Shown here one piece after another: positions 27,759-37,831 of a stretch of 64,000 nt of DNA. Source of the stretch: Patescibacteria group bacterium (GTDB lineage: Bacteria > Patescibacteriota > Microgenomatia > UBA8517); assembly GCA_035692185.1 (NCBI GenBank), contig DASSIE010000023.1, positions 8,259 to 72,258 on the forward strand, given 5' to 3'. The stretch's first letter is position 1; each line of letters opens with the position of its first letter. Under the pieces are notes generated by a model. The model was given only the letters and a program-made list of their open reading frames with translations, was not told where the DNA came from and searched no databases. The position numbers were made by a program, and so were the translations under genes.

Positions 27759-29483
27759 ATGAATGACATAATCGCAAAAGGTAAAAAACTAATTAACTCG
27801 CAGCAAAACACTGTTCTTTCAGCTGCTTCTTTGATTATGGTTATGATTGTTGTGTCTCGGGTTTTGGGGCTTATTCGCCAAAGAGTTTTAGCCAATTATT
27901 TTGCTCCTACTGATTTGTCACTTTTCTTTGCCGCCTTTAGGCTTCCAGACACAATTTTTGAGGTTTTAGTTTTTGGTACTTTTTCGTCAGCTTTTATTCC
28001 GGTTTTTACAAAAGCCTTAAAAGATGGTGAGAAAAAGGCTTGGGAAATAGCAGGAAGGGTTGTAACCATTGGTCTTCTAATTTTTGGAGTTGCTGCAATT
28101 GTTTTTGCTATTTGGGCACCCCAAATTTATACTGTAATAGCCCCCGGCTATGGGGAGGCAGAAACAGTTCAAATTGCAAATTTAGCTAGAATATTATTTG
28201 CAGCCCAAGGATTTTTTGTAATAAGTTATGTTTTGACAGGAGTTTTAGAGTCCCTTCGTCGATTTTTAGTTCCAGCTTTAGCTCCTCTTTTTTACAATAT
28301 TGGAATAATTTTAGGTACAGTATTTTTAACCCCATATTTAGGGTTGCTGGCCCCAGCTATTGGTGTTGTAATTGGAGCACTTGCCCATTTTTTAATTCAA
28401 TATCCTCTTTCAAGGAAACTCGGATTTAGATTTATATGGAGTGCAAAACCCGATGCAGGTGTTAAACAAATTGGATCACTTGCCCTGCCCCGTGTTGTTG
28501 ATTTAGCATTCGATCAGGTAGGTAAAACCACAGAACTTTTCCTTTCTTCATTAATTTCTCAGGCTTCCTATACCTATTATATTTTTGCAAACACTTTACA
28601 ACTTCTTCCAGTTACCCTTTTTGGAACCTCGCTAGCTAAGGCAGTTCTGCCTATGTTGTCTCGCGTCGATGGAGACCAAAAAGAATACAGAAGAATATTG
28701 TTAACCGCTATTTACCAAGCAATATTTTTTACTCTTCCACTTGCGGCAGTTTTAATAGTTTTAAGGATACCAATTGTCCGTTTAGTTTACGGAACTAAAA
28801 TCTTTGATTGGGAAGCAACAGTCCAAACAGGTATGGTTTTATCGGTTTATGCACTTGGAATTGTCTCCCAAACTTTAATGTCAATTTTAGCCAGAGCTTT
28901 TTTTGCACTGCACGACACCAAAACCCCAGTAAAAGTCTCTTTTTTGGGATTAGGATTGTTAATTATTGGGGATTTTATATTAGTTAAAGGTTTAGGGTTT
29001 CCTGTCTGGGCATTAGCTGCGTCCTTCGCATTTAGCACAGTTGTCGAGGCTATAATTCTTCTAATCTTGATTAATAAAAAGGTCGGGGGAATTTTAAATT
29101 TCAAGTTTATTGCTCATATGCTAAAAGTTTTAACTGCAACACTTATATCTGGAACATCGATGTATTTTTTGATTAAGTTTTTTGACAGAAGTGTTTGGGT
29201 TAAACAACTTTCATTCTTAAGCAACGTAGATTCCCTAAGTTACATTCCATTCCAAAGGTTTGTTTTGGACACCCGCTATACGGGAAACTTGTTAATTTTA
29301 ACAATAATGACTTTTATTATTGGAATAGTGATTTATATTTGTTTTACCCTTCTTTTTAAAGTGGAAGAATCCAGATATTTCCTGGAGGTAATTAGGAAAG
29401 CAATTGTAGATAAAACCTTGCCACAATTGCCAAAAGAACAAGAGCCGGTAAGCCCAACCACAACAGATACTCATGAACAGTAA
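27759..29483 (+). CDS. murJ: Lipid II flippase MurJ (MviN)
   Basis: SRVLGLIR, AAFRLPD, FIPVF, RAFFALHDTKTP. Confidence 0.92.
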   Translation: MNDIIAKGKKLINSQQNTVLSAASLIMVMIVVSRVLGLIRQRVLANYFAPTDLSLFFAAFRLPDTIFEVLVFGTFSSAFIPVFTKALKDGEKKAWEIAGRVVTIGLLIFGVAAIVFAIWAPQIYTVIAPGYGEAETVQIANLARILFAAQGFFVISYVLTGVLESLRRFLVPALAPLFYNIGIILGTVFLTPYLGLLAPAIGVVIGALAHFLIQYPLSRKLGFRFIWSAKPDAGVKQIGSLALPRVVDLAFDQVGKTTELFLSSLISQASYTYYIFANTLQLLPVTLFGTSLAKAVLPMLSRVDGDQKEYRRILLTAIYQAIFFTLPLAAVLIVLRIPIVRLVYGTKIFDWEATVQTGMVLSVYALGIVSQTLMSILARAFFALHDTKTPVKVSFLGLGLLIIGDFILVKGLGFPVWALAASFAFSTVVEAIILLILINKKVGGILNFKFIAHMLKVLTATLISGTSMYFLIKFFDRSVWVKQLSFLSNVDSLSYIPFQRFVLDTRYTGNLLILTIMTFIIGIVIYICFTLLFKVEESRYFLEVIRKAIVDKTLPQLPKEQEPVSPTTTDTHEQ

Positions 29484-29490
29484 ATCCAAT

Positions 29491-29519
29491 TTGCAAAATC
29501 TATCCTATAGGCATATAAT
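29491..29519 (+). promoter_or_regulatory. Sigma70 promoter
   Basis: TTGCAA-17 nt-TATAAT, 6 nt before ATG 29526. Confidence 0.65.
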
Positions 29520-29525
29520 ATGCTC

Positions 29526-29864
29526 ATGGACGGACAGTTTAAAACTTTACAAAAAGTAATTGAGACAATTGTATCAACAGGGCCTATATTTACTTCAGTA
29601 GACCTTCTAGCTAACTTAGAAGGTGTACAGAAGACTGAAGTTGATGTGGCGCTAAATTCTTTGGTCCATGAAGGTATCCTTCAAAAAGACCAAAGTTTTG
29701 GTAAAAGCACTGTATATATAAGATCTAAAATCGGAGATGAACAAGATTACTTTTTGGTCATGTCCGCTAGATATTTAGTAGAGATGGAAAAGGCCGATGA
29801 GAATAGCATTAAAAATGAAGCTATTGAAATGGCAATGAGAAAGTACAACAATAAAGAGAGTTAA
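29526..29864 (+). CDS. Hypothetical winged-helix-like protein
   Basis: EVDVALNSLVHEGILQK..GKSTVY pattern; own promoter. Confidence 0.55.
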   Translation: MDGQFKTLQKVIETIVSTGPIFTSVDLLANLEGVQKTEVDVALNSLVHEGILQKDQSFGKSTVYIRSKIGDEQDYFLVMSARYLVEMEKADENSIKNEAIEMAMRKYNNKES

Positions 29865-29884
29865 ATTCAGTTCTTCACAACCCC

Positions 29885-29922
29885 TTGACATCTCCTTAGC
29901 ACTCATTGTAGTATACTGCTAA
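29885..29922 (+). promoter_or_regulatory. hrcA promoter with overlapping CIRCE operator
   Basis: TTGACA 29885-90; TTAGCACTC-N9-TACTGCTAA at 29896-29922 (consensus TTAGCACTC-N9-GAGTGCTAA). Confidence 0.85.
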
Positions 29923-29947
29923 TCACAGCAGTGTGAACATTACTGAT

Positions 29948-30703
29948 ATGACAGACGCACTTACATCCCGCCAGACTCAAATTTTAAAAACCATAATCGA
30001 TGAATACATCGAGACCGCCGAAGCGGTCGGCTCCGAAGCATTGGATAAAAAATATAACTTGGGAGTCTCCCCAGCTACAATTAGAAACGAAATGGTAGCA
30101 CTAACTAAGTCCGGTTATTTAAGACAACCCCACACCTCGTCTGGCCGTATTCCCTCCCCCCATGCAATGAAGTTCTACATTAATCAATTGATGGAAGAAA
30201 AACAAATGAGTTTGGTTGACGAAGTTAAAGCCAAAGAACAAGTTTGGGACTTTAGAAACGATATAGATGAATTAATGGAAGAAGCAACTCGCGCTTTGGC
30301 TTTTAAAACAAAATCCTTAGCAGTGGCTGCTTTAAAAGATCCAATGGCACCAAGTGGTAAAAAAGACAGATTTTGGCAAGCAGGACATTCTTATGTTTTT
30401 GCCAATCCAGAATTTGGCGAGGTCCAAGCTTGCGCTGATTTGTTCTCAATTTTTAATGAACTTGATAAACTGGACAGACTTTTTTTTGGAACTTCCCAAA
30501 CTCCATCTTCACTCGACGTTTTATTTGGCGAGGAATTAAATTGGCCAGAACTTGCCCCAACTGGCATTGTTTCTACACATTTTAATTTAAGGGGAAAGTC
30601 GGGAGCGTTGTGTGTAATTGGTCCAGCAAGGGTTGATTACGAAACTGTAATCCCAATCCTCAGGTATTTTGGTAATATGATTGAAGAAGTTGCAAATCAA
30701 TGA
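29948..30703 (+). CDS. hrcA: Heat-inducible transcription repressor HrcA (short)
   Basis: LTSRQTQIL, VSPATIRNEM, QPHTSSGRIP, VIGPARVDY. Confidence 0.93.
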   Translation: MTDALTSRQTQILKTIIDEYIETAEAVGSEALDKKYNLGVSPATIRNEMVALTKSGYLRQPHTSSGRIPSPHAMKFYINQLMEEKQMSLVDEVKAKEQVWDFRNDIDELMEEATRALAFKTKSLAVAALKDPMAPSGKKDRFWQAGHSYVFANPEFGEVQACADLFSIFNELDKLDRLFFGTSQTPSSLDVLFGEELNWPELAPTGIVSTHFNLRGKSGALCVIGPARVDYETVIPILRYFGNMIEEVANQ

Positions 30704-31170
30704 AAAAAATTAAGAAGGAAGAATTAATAATTAAGAATGAGGAAGCAGAGGCTATCAAGAATCAGTTAGCAAGGACGTTGGCGGATTATGACAACTTAGT
30801 TAAAAGAGTTGAAAGAGAAAGAGACGAAGTTAAAAAAGTTCTTTCACTGCGACTCATTCTTAAATTATTATCAGTCCTAGATGGACTTGAGAATGCCCAA
30901 GAGCATTTGAAAGATCAAGGCTTAGCAATTACTATAATTGAGTTTAAGAAAGTTTTAAATGAAGAGGGTTTAACTGAAATTAAGTCTAGTGTTGGAAATG
31001 AGTTTGATGAAAATACAATGGAAGCAGTTGAAGTTGTACCCGGCAAGAGCGATAATACAGTAGCTAGCACAGCATTAGTTGGTTATAAATTTAGCGATGG
31101 GACAGTAGTAAGACACGCGAGGGTTGTGGTAACCAAATCCGAAGCACGAAATACGAAATCCGAAGTTTGA
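30700..31170 (+). CDS. grpE: Nucleotide exchange factor GrpE
   Basis: ADYDNLVKR, FDENTMEAV, GY...VRHARVVV; between hrcA and dnaK. Confidence 0.92.
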   Translation: MKKIKKEELIIKNEEAEAIKNQLARTLADYDNLVKRVERERDEVKKVLSLRLILKLLSVLDGLENAQEHLKDQGLAITIIEFKKVLNEEGLTEIKSSVGNEFDENTMEAVEVVPGKSDNTVASTALVGYKFSDGTVVRHARVVVTKSEARNTKSEV

Positions 31171-31242
31171 AACAAGTTTTGAATTTTTGAAAATTTAGAT
31201 TTAAGATTTGTTTCGAGTTTCGATGTTAGCGATTCGAATTTA
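31135..31242. repeat. Heptamer-period inverted element family B (grpE/dnaK)
   Basis: AAATCCG AAGCACG AAATACG AAATCCG ... TTCGAATTTA. Confidence 0.8.
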
Positions 31243-31249
31243 GACATAT

Positions 31250-33154
31250 ATGGGAAAAATAATCGGTATTGATTTAGGAACAACAAATTCATGCCTTTCT
31301 GTAATGGAGGCAGGACGTCCTGTGATAATTTCGGCCAGTGACACTGGACGAAATACCACCCCTTCTGTTGTGGAGCCAGTTAAAAATTTAGTTGGTGACG
31401 TTGCAAAACGCCAGATGATTTTAAACTCCAAAAATACAATTTATTCTGCAAAACGTTTGATGGGCAGAAGATTTGACGATAAAGAAGTCAAAAGAACAAT
31501 CGAGATGGTTCCTTACAAAATAGTTTCAGGTAAAAGCGGAATGGCAGACATTGAAGTAGAGGGCAAAGTTTATACTCCACAAGAAATTGGAGCCAGAGTC
31601 CTCATGAAACTCAAAGCTGACGCTGAAAAGTATTTAGGTGAAAAAGTTACCCAAGCTGTTATCACAGTTCCTGCTTACTTTGACGATGCACAACGCCAAG
31701 CTACAAAACAAGCGGGGGAGATTGCAGGCCTTACTGTTGAAAGAATAATTAACGAGCCAACTGCCGCCGCCCTAGCTTATGGAATGGATAAGAAAAACGC
31801 GCACAAAATTGTGGTTTACGATTTAGGAGGCGGAACATTTGACGTTTCAGTACTTGAGCTAGGCGAGGGGGTTTTTGAAGTTAAAGCAACTAACGGCGAT
31901 ACTCACTTAGGAGGCGACGACTTTGACGCAGTAATTGTTGACCATATAGTTTCTGAATTTAAGAAAGAAAACGCAGTTGACCTAAAAGCTGACTCGCAGG
32001 CTTATCAAAGAGTAAGAGACGCTGCAGAAAAAGCAAAAATCGAACTCTCGGCTGCAAATGAGGTTGAAATTAATCAGCCATACATTACCCAGAAAGATGG
32101 CCAGCCAATGCATTTGACCATGAAATTAACCCGCGCAAAGCTAGAAAGCTTGGTGGATGAATTAATTCAAAAAACAATTAAGCCAGTTGAAGCTTGTCTT
32201 AAAGATGCCAAACTTGATGCGCACGACATTGACGAAGTAATTATGGTTGGTGGAATGACTAGAATGCCGAAAGTAGTTGAAGTAGTTAAGAATTTCTTCG
32301 GTAAAGATGCGAACCAATCAGTTAACCCAGACGAAGTTGTTGCAATTGGAGCAGCTATCCAGGGTGGAGTTTTAGGGGGCGAAGTAAAAGATATTTTGCT
32401 TTTGGACGTTACCCCATTAACTTTAGCCATTGAAACCATGGGCAACATTGCTACACCTATGATTCCAAGAAATACAACAGTTCCAACAAGTAAAACCGAA
32501 GTTTTCTCAACTGCGGCTGACAATCAAACTCAAGTTGAAATTAATGTTACCCAAGGTGAGCGTCCAATGTCAGCAGATAACAAATCATTAGGTAGGTTTA
32601 CTTTGGACGGTATTCCACCAGCCCCAAGAGGAGTTCCACAAGTTGAAGTTACTTTTGATATGGACGCTAGTGGAATTCTTACGGTCACAGCCAAGGATAA
32701 AGCAACCAATAAAACCACAAATATTAAGATTACTGGTGCGGTAGGCCTAAGTGATGAGGAAGTAAAAAGAATGCAGGAAGAAGCCGAAAAGCACAAAGAT
32801 GAGGATGAAAAGAAAGCTGAAACTATTAAGGCTAAGAATAATGCAGACGCATTGGTCGCAACCGCCGAAAAATCCTTAAAAGATGCAGGCGACAAAGCTC
32901 CAGCTGATATAAAAGAAAAAGTTGAAGAAAAAATTAAAGCTGTAAAAGAAGTATCAGGAAAAGAAGGTGCAACAAAAGAAGAAATTGAAACTGCAACAAA
33001 TGAATTGTCAGAAGTTTTAAGTTCAGTTGGACAAGCGATGTACGCTGATAAATCTCAAAATCCAAATGACAAATCTCAAACTGAAGAAGCCAAATCTGAA
33101 GAAAAATCTGACAAAAAGGATGAGAAGGTTGAAGAAGGACAAGTAGTTGAATAA
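31250..33154 (+). CDS. dnaK: Chaperone DnaK
   Basis: [28 protein letters not shown]. Confidence 0.98.
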   Translation: MGKIIGIDLGTTNSCLSVMEAGRPVIISASDTGRNTTPSVVEPVKNLVGDVAKRQMILNSKNTIYSAKRLMGRRFDDKEVKRTIEMVPYKIVSGKSGMADIEVEGKVYTPQEIGARVLMKLKADAEKYLGEKVTQAVITVPAYFDDAQRQATKQAGEIAGLTVERIINEPTAAALAYGMDKKNAHKIVVYDLGGGTFDVSVLELGEGVFEVKATNGDTHLGGDDFDAVIVDHIVSEFKKENAVDLKADSQAYQRVRDAAEKAKIELSAANEVEINQPYITQKDGQPMHLTMKLTRAKLESLVDELIQKTIKPVEACLKDAKLDAHDIDEVIMVGGMTRMPKVVEVVKNFFGKDANQSVNPDEVVAIGAAIQGGVLGGEVKDILLLDVTPLTLAIETMGNIATPMIPRNTTVPTSKTEVFSTAADNQTQVEINVTQGERPMSADNKSLGRFTLDGIPPAPRGVPQVEVTFDMDASGILTVTAKDKATNKTTNIKITGAVGLSDEEVKRMQEEAEKHKDEDEKKAETIKAKNNADALVATAEKSLKDAGDKAPADIKEKVEEKIKAVKEVSGKEGATKEEIETATNELSEVLSSVGQAMYADKSQNPNDKSQTEEAKSEEKSDKKDEKVEEGQVVE

Positions 33155-33507
33155 TGGAAACAAAAGACATAGGAATTAATTTTGGTGAAGATATCATGGG
33201 GGTTAGAGAAGCTTTTTATTCTTCTGATAAAGGAACACATCTAACCGTTAGACCACATACCGTAATGCAAGATGACGGTACCTTTAAGGATCATGGATTG
33301 GAAGTTGAATTCTGGGGAGACAAACAAGGTAAAAGAGATCCAGATAACCTTCTTGCATCCAATGTTATTCCGGGAACCGGGGAAGATTTGGAAGAAGTAG
33401 CTGACACTTACGCTAGAAGGCTTGATCGCGGAGTAGCTCCAGAACACATGTTCGATGACATTATTGAAAATAATCGTAAAGCTGATGAGGATAAAGTTGT
33501 TCAATAA
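33154..33507 (+). CDS. Hypothetical acidic protein
   Basis: TAATG coupling with dnaK stop; no recognised motif. Confidence 0.6.
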   Translation: METKDIGINFGEDIMGVREAFYSSDKGTHLTVRPHTVMQDDGTFKDHGLEVEFWGDKQGKRDPDNLLASNVIPGTGEDLEEVADTYARRLDRGVAPEHMFDDIIENNRKADEDKVVQ

Positions 33508-33564
33508 ATCTATCCAGTCTCTAATCTGATACATCCGTAACACATTTGATTTCTGTATTTCCTC

Positions 33565-33594
33565 TTGACAGACAGTTTATGTCGGATATATACT
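33565..33594 (+). promoter_or_regulatory. Sigma70 promoter of the 33601 ORF
   Basis: TTGACA-18 nt-TATACT, 6 nt before ATG 33601. Confidence 0.65.
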
Positions 33595-33600
33595 TCAGAA

Positions 33601-34146
33601 ATGAATAGTATAGGGACATTGAATGAGTTTGTAGATATGGCGCTTCGCAATCGAAAATATGCGTCAAATTCTGCGTATGGCTATAAAGCTGCATTAAAAA
33701 TATTTGATGAAGAGTTAAGCGACGAAGAAAGAAACTCATTGGACCTGTTCAAGGAGCGCTTTGATCAGATATTCTCCACAATAGTTAATAAAAAGTCCAA
33801 GGTTTTCAGCATCTCATCTTTACAGACATATAAATTTAGAGTTTTGAAGGTGTTATCAGATTACGAGAAATATGGAAAAGATCCTTCTAAGATGTCGAGT
33901 TGGTCTCCAAATGTCAGGAAAATCAATCCATCTAAGATAAAGATAGAACGTGATAATGAATCAAAACAATTAGAGGCTGAATCAGAAACAATCTCAGAAG
34001 TTGGTTATAGTAGACATGAATATTCGTTACGTCCTTCGAAAAAATTAATTATTTCCTACCCTTCAGATTTTACCTTGGAAGAGGCAAATTCTGTTAAATC
34101 ATTTGCAGAGTATCTTATTTCAATGAAGAGTGAGAACAAATCTTGA
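33601..34146 (+). CDS. Hypothetical protein (helical N-domain, linker, small C-domain)
   Basis: Start moved to ATG 33601 because the TTG start of the ORF track is the -35 box. Confidence 0.65.
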   Translation: MNSIGTLNEFVDMALRNRKYASNSAYGYKAALKIFDEELSDEERNSLDLFKERFDQIFSTIVNKKSKVFSISSLQTYKFRVLKVLSDYEKYGKDPSKMSSWSPNVRKINPSKIKIERDNESKQLEAESETISEVGYSRHEYSLRPSKKLIISYPSDFTLEEANSVKSFAEYLISMKSENKS

Positions 34147-34161
34147 GTTAAGTACTCATAA

Positions 34162-34240
34162 GCTGGCAGGAGTTCTCTTGTTAAACCACAACTGCATTTG
34201 TACGTAAGTCTGGTATCTAGATTAACAAATTCCTGCCAGC
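34162..34240. ncRNA. Candidate ~80-nt long hairpin RNA/DNA element
   Basis: GCTGGCAGGA/TCCTGCCAGC 10-bp perfect outer stem, TTGTTAA/TTAACAA, ACCA/TGGT inner stems. Confidence 0.45.
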
Positions 34241-34269
34241 CATTTATTCTATAATGGTATTATACCTTC

Positions 34270-35139
34270 ATGGCTACAAAAACTGATTATTATGACATTC
34301 TAGGAGTTTCCAAATCTGCTTCTGCTGATGATATTAAAAAAGCATACAGAAAGCAGGCTTTAGAGTGGCATCCTGATCGCCATAAAGATAATAAAGAAGC
34401 TGCTGAAAAACGTTTTAAAGAAATAAACGAAGCCTATCAAGTTCTATCTAACCCTCAAAAGAAAAGTTCATATGATCAGTTTGGTAGTGCAGGACCTCAA
34501 GGTTTCCCGGGTGGAGGAAATCCATTTGCAGGAGGTGGAAGTCCGTTTACATATACTTATTCAACAGGTGGAGGAAATCCATTCGGAAATGCAGACTTTG
34601 GCGACCCATTTGATATTTTTGAAAGTTTCTTTGGTTCCTCCTTCGCACAAGGCTTCGGAGGACAAGGGCGTCAGAGACAAATGCCTAGATATTCATTGGA
34701 CATTGATTTTATGGATGCAGTAAAAGGAGTAAGTAAAGAAGTTAGCATTGATGGCAAAAAAAGAAAAATAAAAATCCCAGCAGGGATTCATGAGGGTGCA
34801 CGCATAAATTTTGGAGACTTTACACTTTCAGTAAATATTAAACCCAGTAAAATTTTTGAGCGGGAAGACGATGATGTTTATGTAACAGTCGGCATCCCTT
34901 TTAGTTTGGCTATTTTAGGTGGGGAAATTAAAGTTCCAACAATAGACGGAGAAATTAAAATTAGAGTTAGACCAGGCACACAAAGTGGCACTATGATGAG
35001 GCTAAAAGAACAAGGTGCTCCGCATTTGCAAGGTCGTGGCCGGGGTGATGAATATATTAAAATCACAATTGCAACTCCAGAAAAGTTAACACGAACTCAG
35101 AAAAGTTTGGTTGATGAAATGAAAGAAGAAGGTCTCTAA
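34270..35139 (+). CDS. dnaJ: DnaJ-class chaperone lacking zinc finger
   Basis: J domain with HPD, G/F region, C-terminal domain; no CxxCxGxG. Confidence 0.9.
   Translation: MATKTDYYDILGVSKSASADDIKKAYRKQALEWHPDRHKDNKEAAEKRFKEINEAYQVLSNPQKKSSYDQFGSAGPQGFPGGGNPFAGGGSPFTYTYSTGGGNPFGNADFGDPFDIFESFFGSSFAQGFGGQGRQRQMPRYSLDIDFMDAVKGVSKEVSIDGKKRKIKIPAGIHEGARINFGDFTLSVNIKPSKIFEREDDDVYVTVGIPFSLAILGGEIKVPTIDGEIKIRVRPGTQSGTMMRLKEQGAPHLQGRGRGDEYIKITIATPEKLTRTQKSLVDEMKEEGL
34636..34666 (+). repeat. Palindromic element family A, copy 5 (in dnaJ)
   Basis: TCCTCCTTCGCACAAGGCTTCGGAGGACAAG. Confidence 0.8.
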
Positions 35140-35195
35140 ATTCCGGTTTACCTTGCCGAAAAGCTTCAAATAGGTTAGAATAGGCTTCAATTACT

Positions 35196-36389
35196 ATGCA
35201 ACAAACAGCAAGAACCGAATTTAGTCAGGCATTAAAAGCAATCGCACAAGAGCGAGGGCTTGATCCTGATGTTATTATCGACACCATTAAACAGGCAATT
35301 ATTGCTGCTTTTAAACGTGACGCAAAAGAGAATGGAATTGAGGTCGAACTTAATGATTACGAGGCTGTGATTGATCCAGTTTCGGGTGAGACTAGAGTTT
35401 TTGGGTGGGCGCTTCCAGCGGAAGACGCAACTGACGAGGAAAAGGCTCTTGCTAAGAAAACCAAAAAAGACGTTACCCCACCAGGATTTGGCCGCATTGC
35501 CGCCCAAACTGCAAAACAGGTTATTCACCAAAAAATAAGAGAAGCAGAAAAGGGAGCTATTATGGAAGAATTTGAAGCCAAAGTAGGTTCTTTAGCTTCC
35601 GGACTTATTTTACGCTTTGATGGCCCAAATGTTAGGGTAGACCTAGGTAGAACTGAAGCTTTTATGTTGGCTGAAGATAGAATTCCAAACGAGAGACTAG
35701 ACTTAAACCAAAGACTAATATTCCTCGTTAAATCAATTACAGATACTCCAAGAGGCAAAGAAATTTTGCTTTCTAGGTCTGATCCTGATTTTGTAGCAAA
35801 ATTATTTGCAAGAGAAGTTCCAGAGGTTTCTTCCAAATCTGTTGAAATTAAAGCAATTGCAAGGGAAGCCGGAGTAAGAACAAAAGTAGCCGTACATTCC
35901 AGCCAGTCCGGCGTTGACCCAGTTGGAAGCTGTGTTGGGCAAAAAGGAGTCAGAGTTCAAGCGGTTACTAATGAAATTGGTGGTGAGAGAGTTGACGTTA
36001 TTGCTTGGAGCGATGACACTGCAGAGCTAATTAAATCGTCCCTCTCCCCAGCTGACAATCTAACTGTAAAACTAGATAAAACTGCCAAAATTGCAAAGGT
36101 AAGTGCCCCTGAGGATCAACTTTCAATGGCAATTGGTAAAGATGGCCAAAATGTACGTTTAACTGCAAAGTTAACTGGTTACAGAATAGAAGTAGAAGGA
36201 ACAGGTGAATATTCACCAGAGCCAGAACCTGAGGTTGCAGTCGTTGAGAAGCCAAAAGTAAAGGAAATCACAAAAACAAAAGCCAAAAAATTAGCCAAAA
36301 AGGCTAAGAAAGTTGAGAAAAAGGAAGAATCCAACGTCCCTGAAGCTATCGTGGACAAGCATGAATTTCCAAAAGTAAAGTCTGAATAA
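35196..36389 (+). CDS. nusA: Transcription factor NusA
   Basis: FGRIAAQTAKQVI, AREAGVRTKVAV, AIGKDGQNVRL. Confidence 0.96.
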   Translation: MQQTARTEFSQALKAIAQERGLDPDVIIDTIKQAIIAAFKRDAKENGIEVELNDYEAVIDPVSGETRVFGWALPAEDATDEEKALAKKTKKDVTPPGFGRIAAQTAKQVIHQKIREAEKGAIMEEFEAKVGSLASGLILRFDGPNVRVDLGRTEAFMLAEDRIPNERLDLNQRLIFLVKSITDTPRGKEILLSRSDPDFVAKLFAREVPEVSSKSVEIKAIAREAGVRTKVAVHSSQSGVDPVGSCVGQKGVRVQAVTNEIGGERVDVIAWSDDTAELIKSSLSPADNLTVKLDKTAKIAKVSAPEDQLSMAIGKDGQNVRLTAKLTGYRIEVEGTGEYSPEPEPEVAVVEKPKVKEITKTKAKKLAKKAKKVEKKEESNVPEAIVDKHEFPKVKSE

Positions 36390-36436
36390 TATGTTAATTA
36401 ACAAATTGTTCAATCTTAAAATTTCACTCAAAATAA

Positions 36437-37831
36437 ATGATAAACAGACAACCAATTGTAGTAGTTTTAGGTCACGTAGACCACGGTAAGACCACGCTTC
36501 TTGATGCCTTAAGAAAGACCACTGTTGCAGATCGTGAAGCCGGTGGAATTACACAAGCAATTGGAGCTTCAGTTGTAGTAACCCCAAGCGGAAAACCAAT
36601 TACATTCATAGACACTCCCGGACATGCTGCTTTTACTAAAATGCGTGGACGTGGCGCAAAAGTAGCTGACATCGCTATTTTAGTTGTAGCTCAGGATGAC
36701 GGAGTTAAGCCACAAACCAAAGAAGCCTTACAGATTATTAAAGACACCAAAATCCCCTTTATTGTTGCAGGAACAAAAGCTGATGTTAACGGAGTTACTC
36801 CTGAGGTTGTTCTTGGGCAGTTGGAAAAAGAAGAAGTCTTTTTTGAAGGCCGTGGTGGACAAGTTCCATTTATCTCGGTTTCTGCAAAAAATAATATTGG
36901 TTTAACCGAACTTTTGGAAACATTAATTTTAATGTCGGAAGTTGCAGGTTTAAATGGGGACGAGAAAGCTGACTTGGAAGCTGTGGTAATTGAATCAGGG
37001 CAGGACAAAATGGGTAAAATGGCCACAGTTGTAGTTAGAAACGGCAGTATTAAAGTGGGGCAAACAATTTACACAGAAGAGGTTGAATGCAAGGTCCGTG
37101 CTTTAATTGATGACAAAGGAAAGCCAACCAAATTAATTAAACCAGGTGAGCCCGCTCGAGTTTTTGGATTTAATGAAGTTCCGCCGGTTGGGGCGTTTGT
37201 AACAAATAGTGCAGAAAAAGCAGCCGCAGTTTTGGTTAAACAAAAAGGAGTTTTTGATTTAAGACGCTTGGCTGACGATGAAATCCCAATTGTTTTAAAA
37301 GCCGACAACGCTGGTGCGCTGGAAGCTATAATTGCAGCCCTGCCACCAAAAATTATTGCAATATCTACTGGCGTTGGGGATGTTAATGGGTCGGACATTT
37401 TAGCCGCATCCTCATCTAAAGCTTATGTTTTTGTGTTTGAAAGCAAAATTCCAAACGATATAGCAAAACTTGCGGAAGCCGAAAAAGTAAAAGTTGCTAG
37501 ATTTACAATAATTTACGAACTTCTACAAAATTTAGATGAAATTCTTAAAAAAGGTTTAGTAGACATTAAAGGTCATGCTCAAATTTTGGCTAGTTTTCCA
37601 TTTAATAACAAAAAAGTAGCGGGAAGCAAAGTCATTGACGGTAAACTTACAAAAGGAGATAGTCTTTTACTCATGAGAGGCGAAAAAGAGGTGGGTAAAT
37701 CTCGTATTTCATCTATTAAAAAACAAAAACAAGAAGTCGGCGTTGTTGGTCAGGGTGAAGAGTGCGGAATAATTTTAGAACCTCAACTTGATTTTGAGAT
37801 AGGCGACGTGTTAGTATCGGTCTCTAAATGA
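36437..37831 (+). CDS. infB: Translation initiation factor IF-2 (no N-terminal extension)
   Basis: GHVDHGKTT, EAGGITQ, DTPGHAAF, GEECGI. Confidence 0.95.
   Translation: MINRQPIVVVLGHVDHGKTTLLDALRKTTVADREAGGITQAIGASVVVTPSGKPITFIDTPGHAAFTKMRGRGAKVADIAILVVAQDDGVKPQTKEALQIIKDTKIPFIVAGTKADVNGVTPEVVLGQLEKEEVFFEGRGGQVPFISVSAKNNIGLTELLETLILMSEVAGLNGDEKADLEAVVIESGQDKMGKMATVVVRNGSIKVGQTIYTEEVECKVRALIDDKGKPTKLIKPGEPARVFGFNEVPPVGAFVTNSAEKAAAVLVKQKGVFDLRRLADDEIPIVLKADNAGALEAIIAALPPKIIAISTGVGDVNGSDILAASSSKAYVFVFESKIPNDIAKLAEAEKVKVARFTIIYELLQNLDEILKKGLVDIKGHAQILASFPFNNKKVAGSKVIDGKLTKGDSLLLMRGEKEVGKSRISSIKKQKQEVGVVGQGEECGIILEPQLDFEIGDVLVSVSK

Noticed and set aside
30341-30358. Possible degenerate palindrome CCAATGGCACCAAGTGG in hrcA; similar weak cases at 17273-17300 (pcrA), 13180-13205 (femAB) and 52123-52145
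   Set aside because: Single, imperfect, and no second copy in the window; cannot be distinguished from chance.
34162-34240. Hairpin as integron attC site or tRNA
   Set aside because: GTT/AAC boxes are in the wrong order for attC, no integrase is present, and there is no cloverleaf or T-loop motif.
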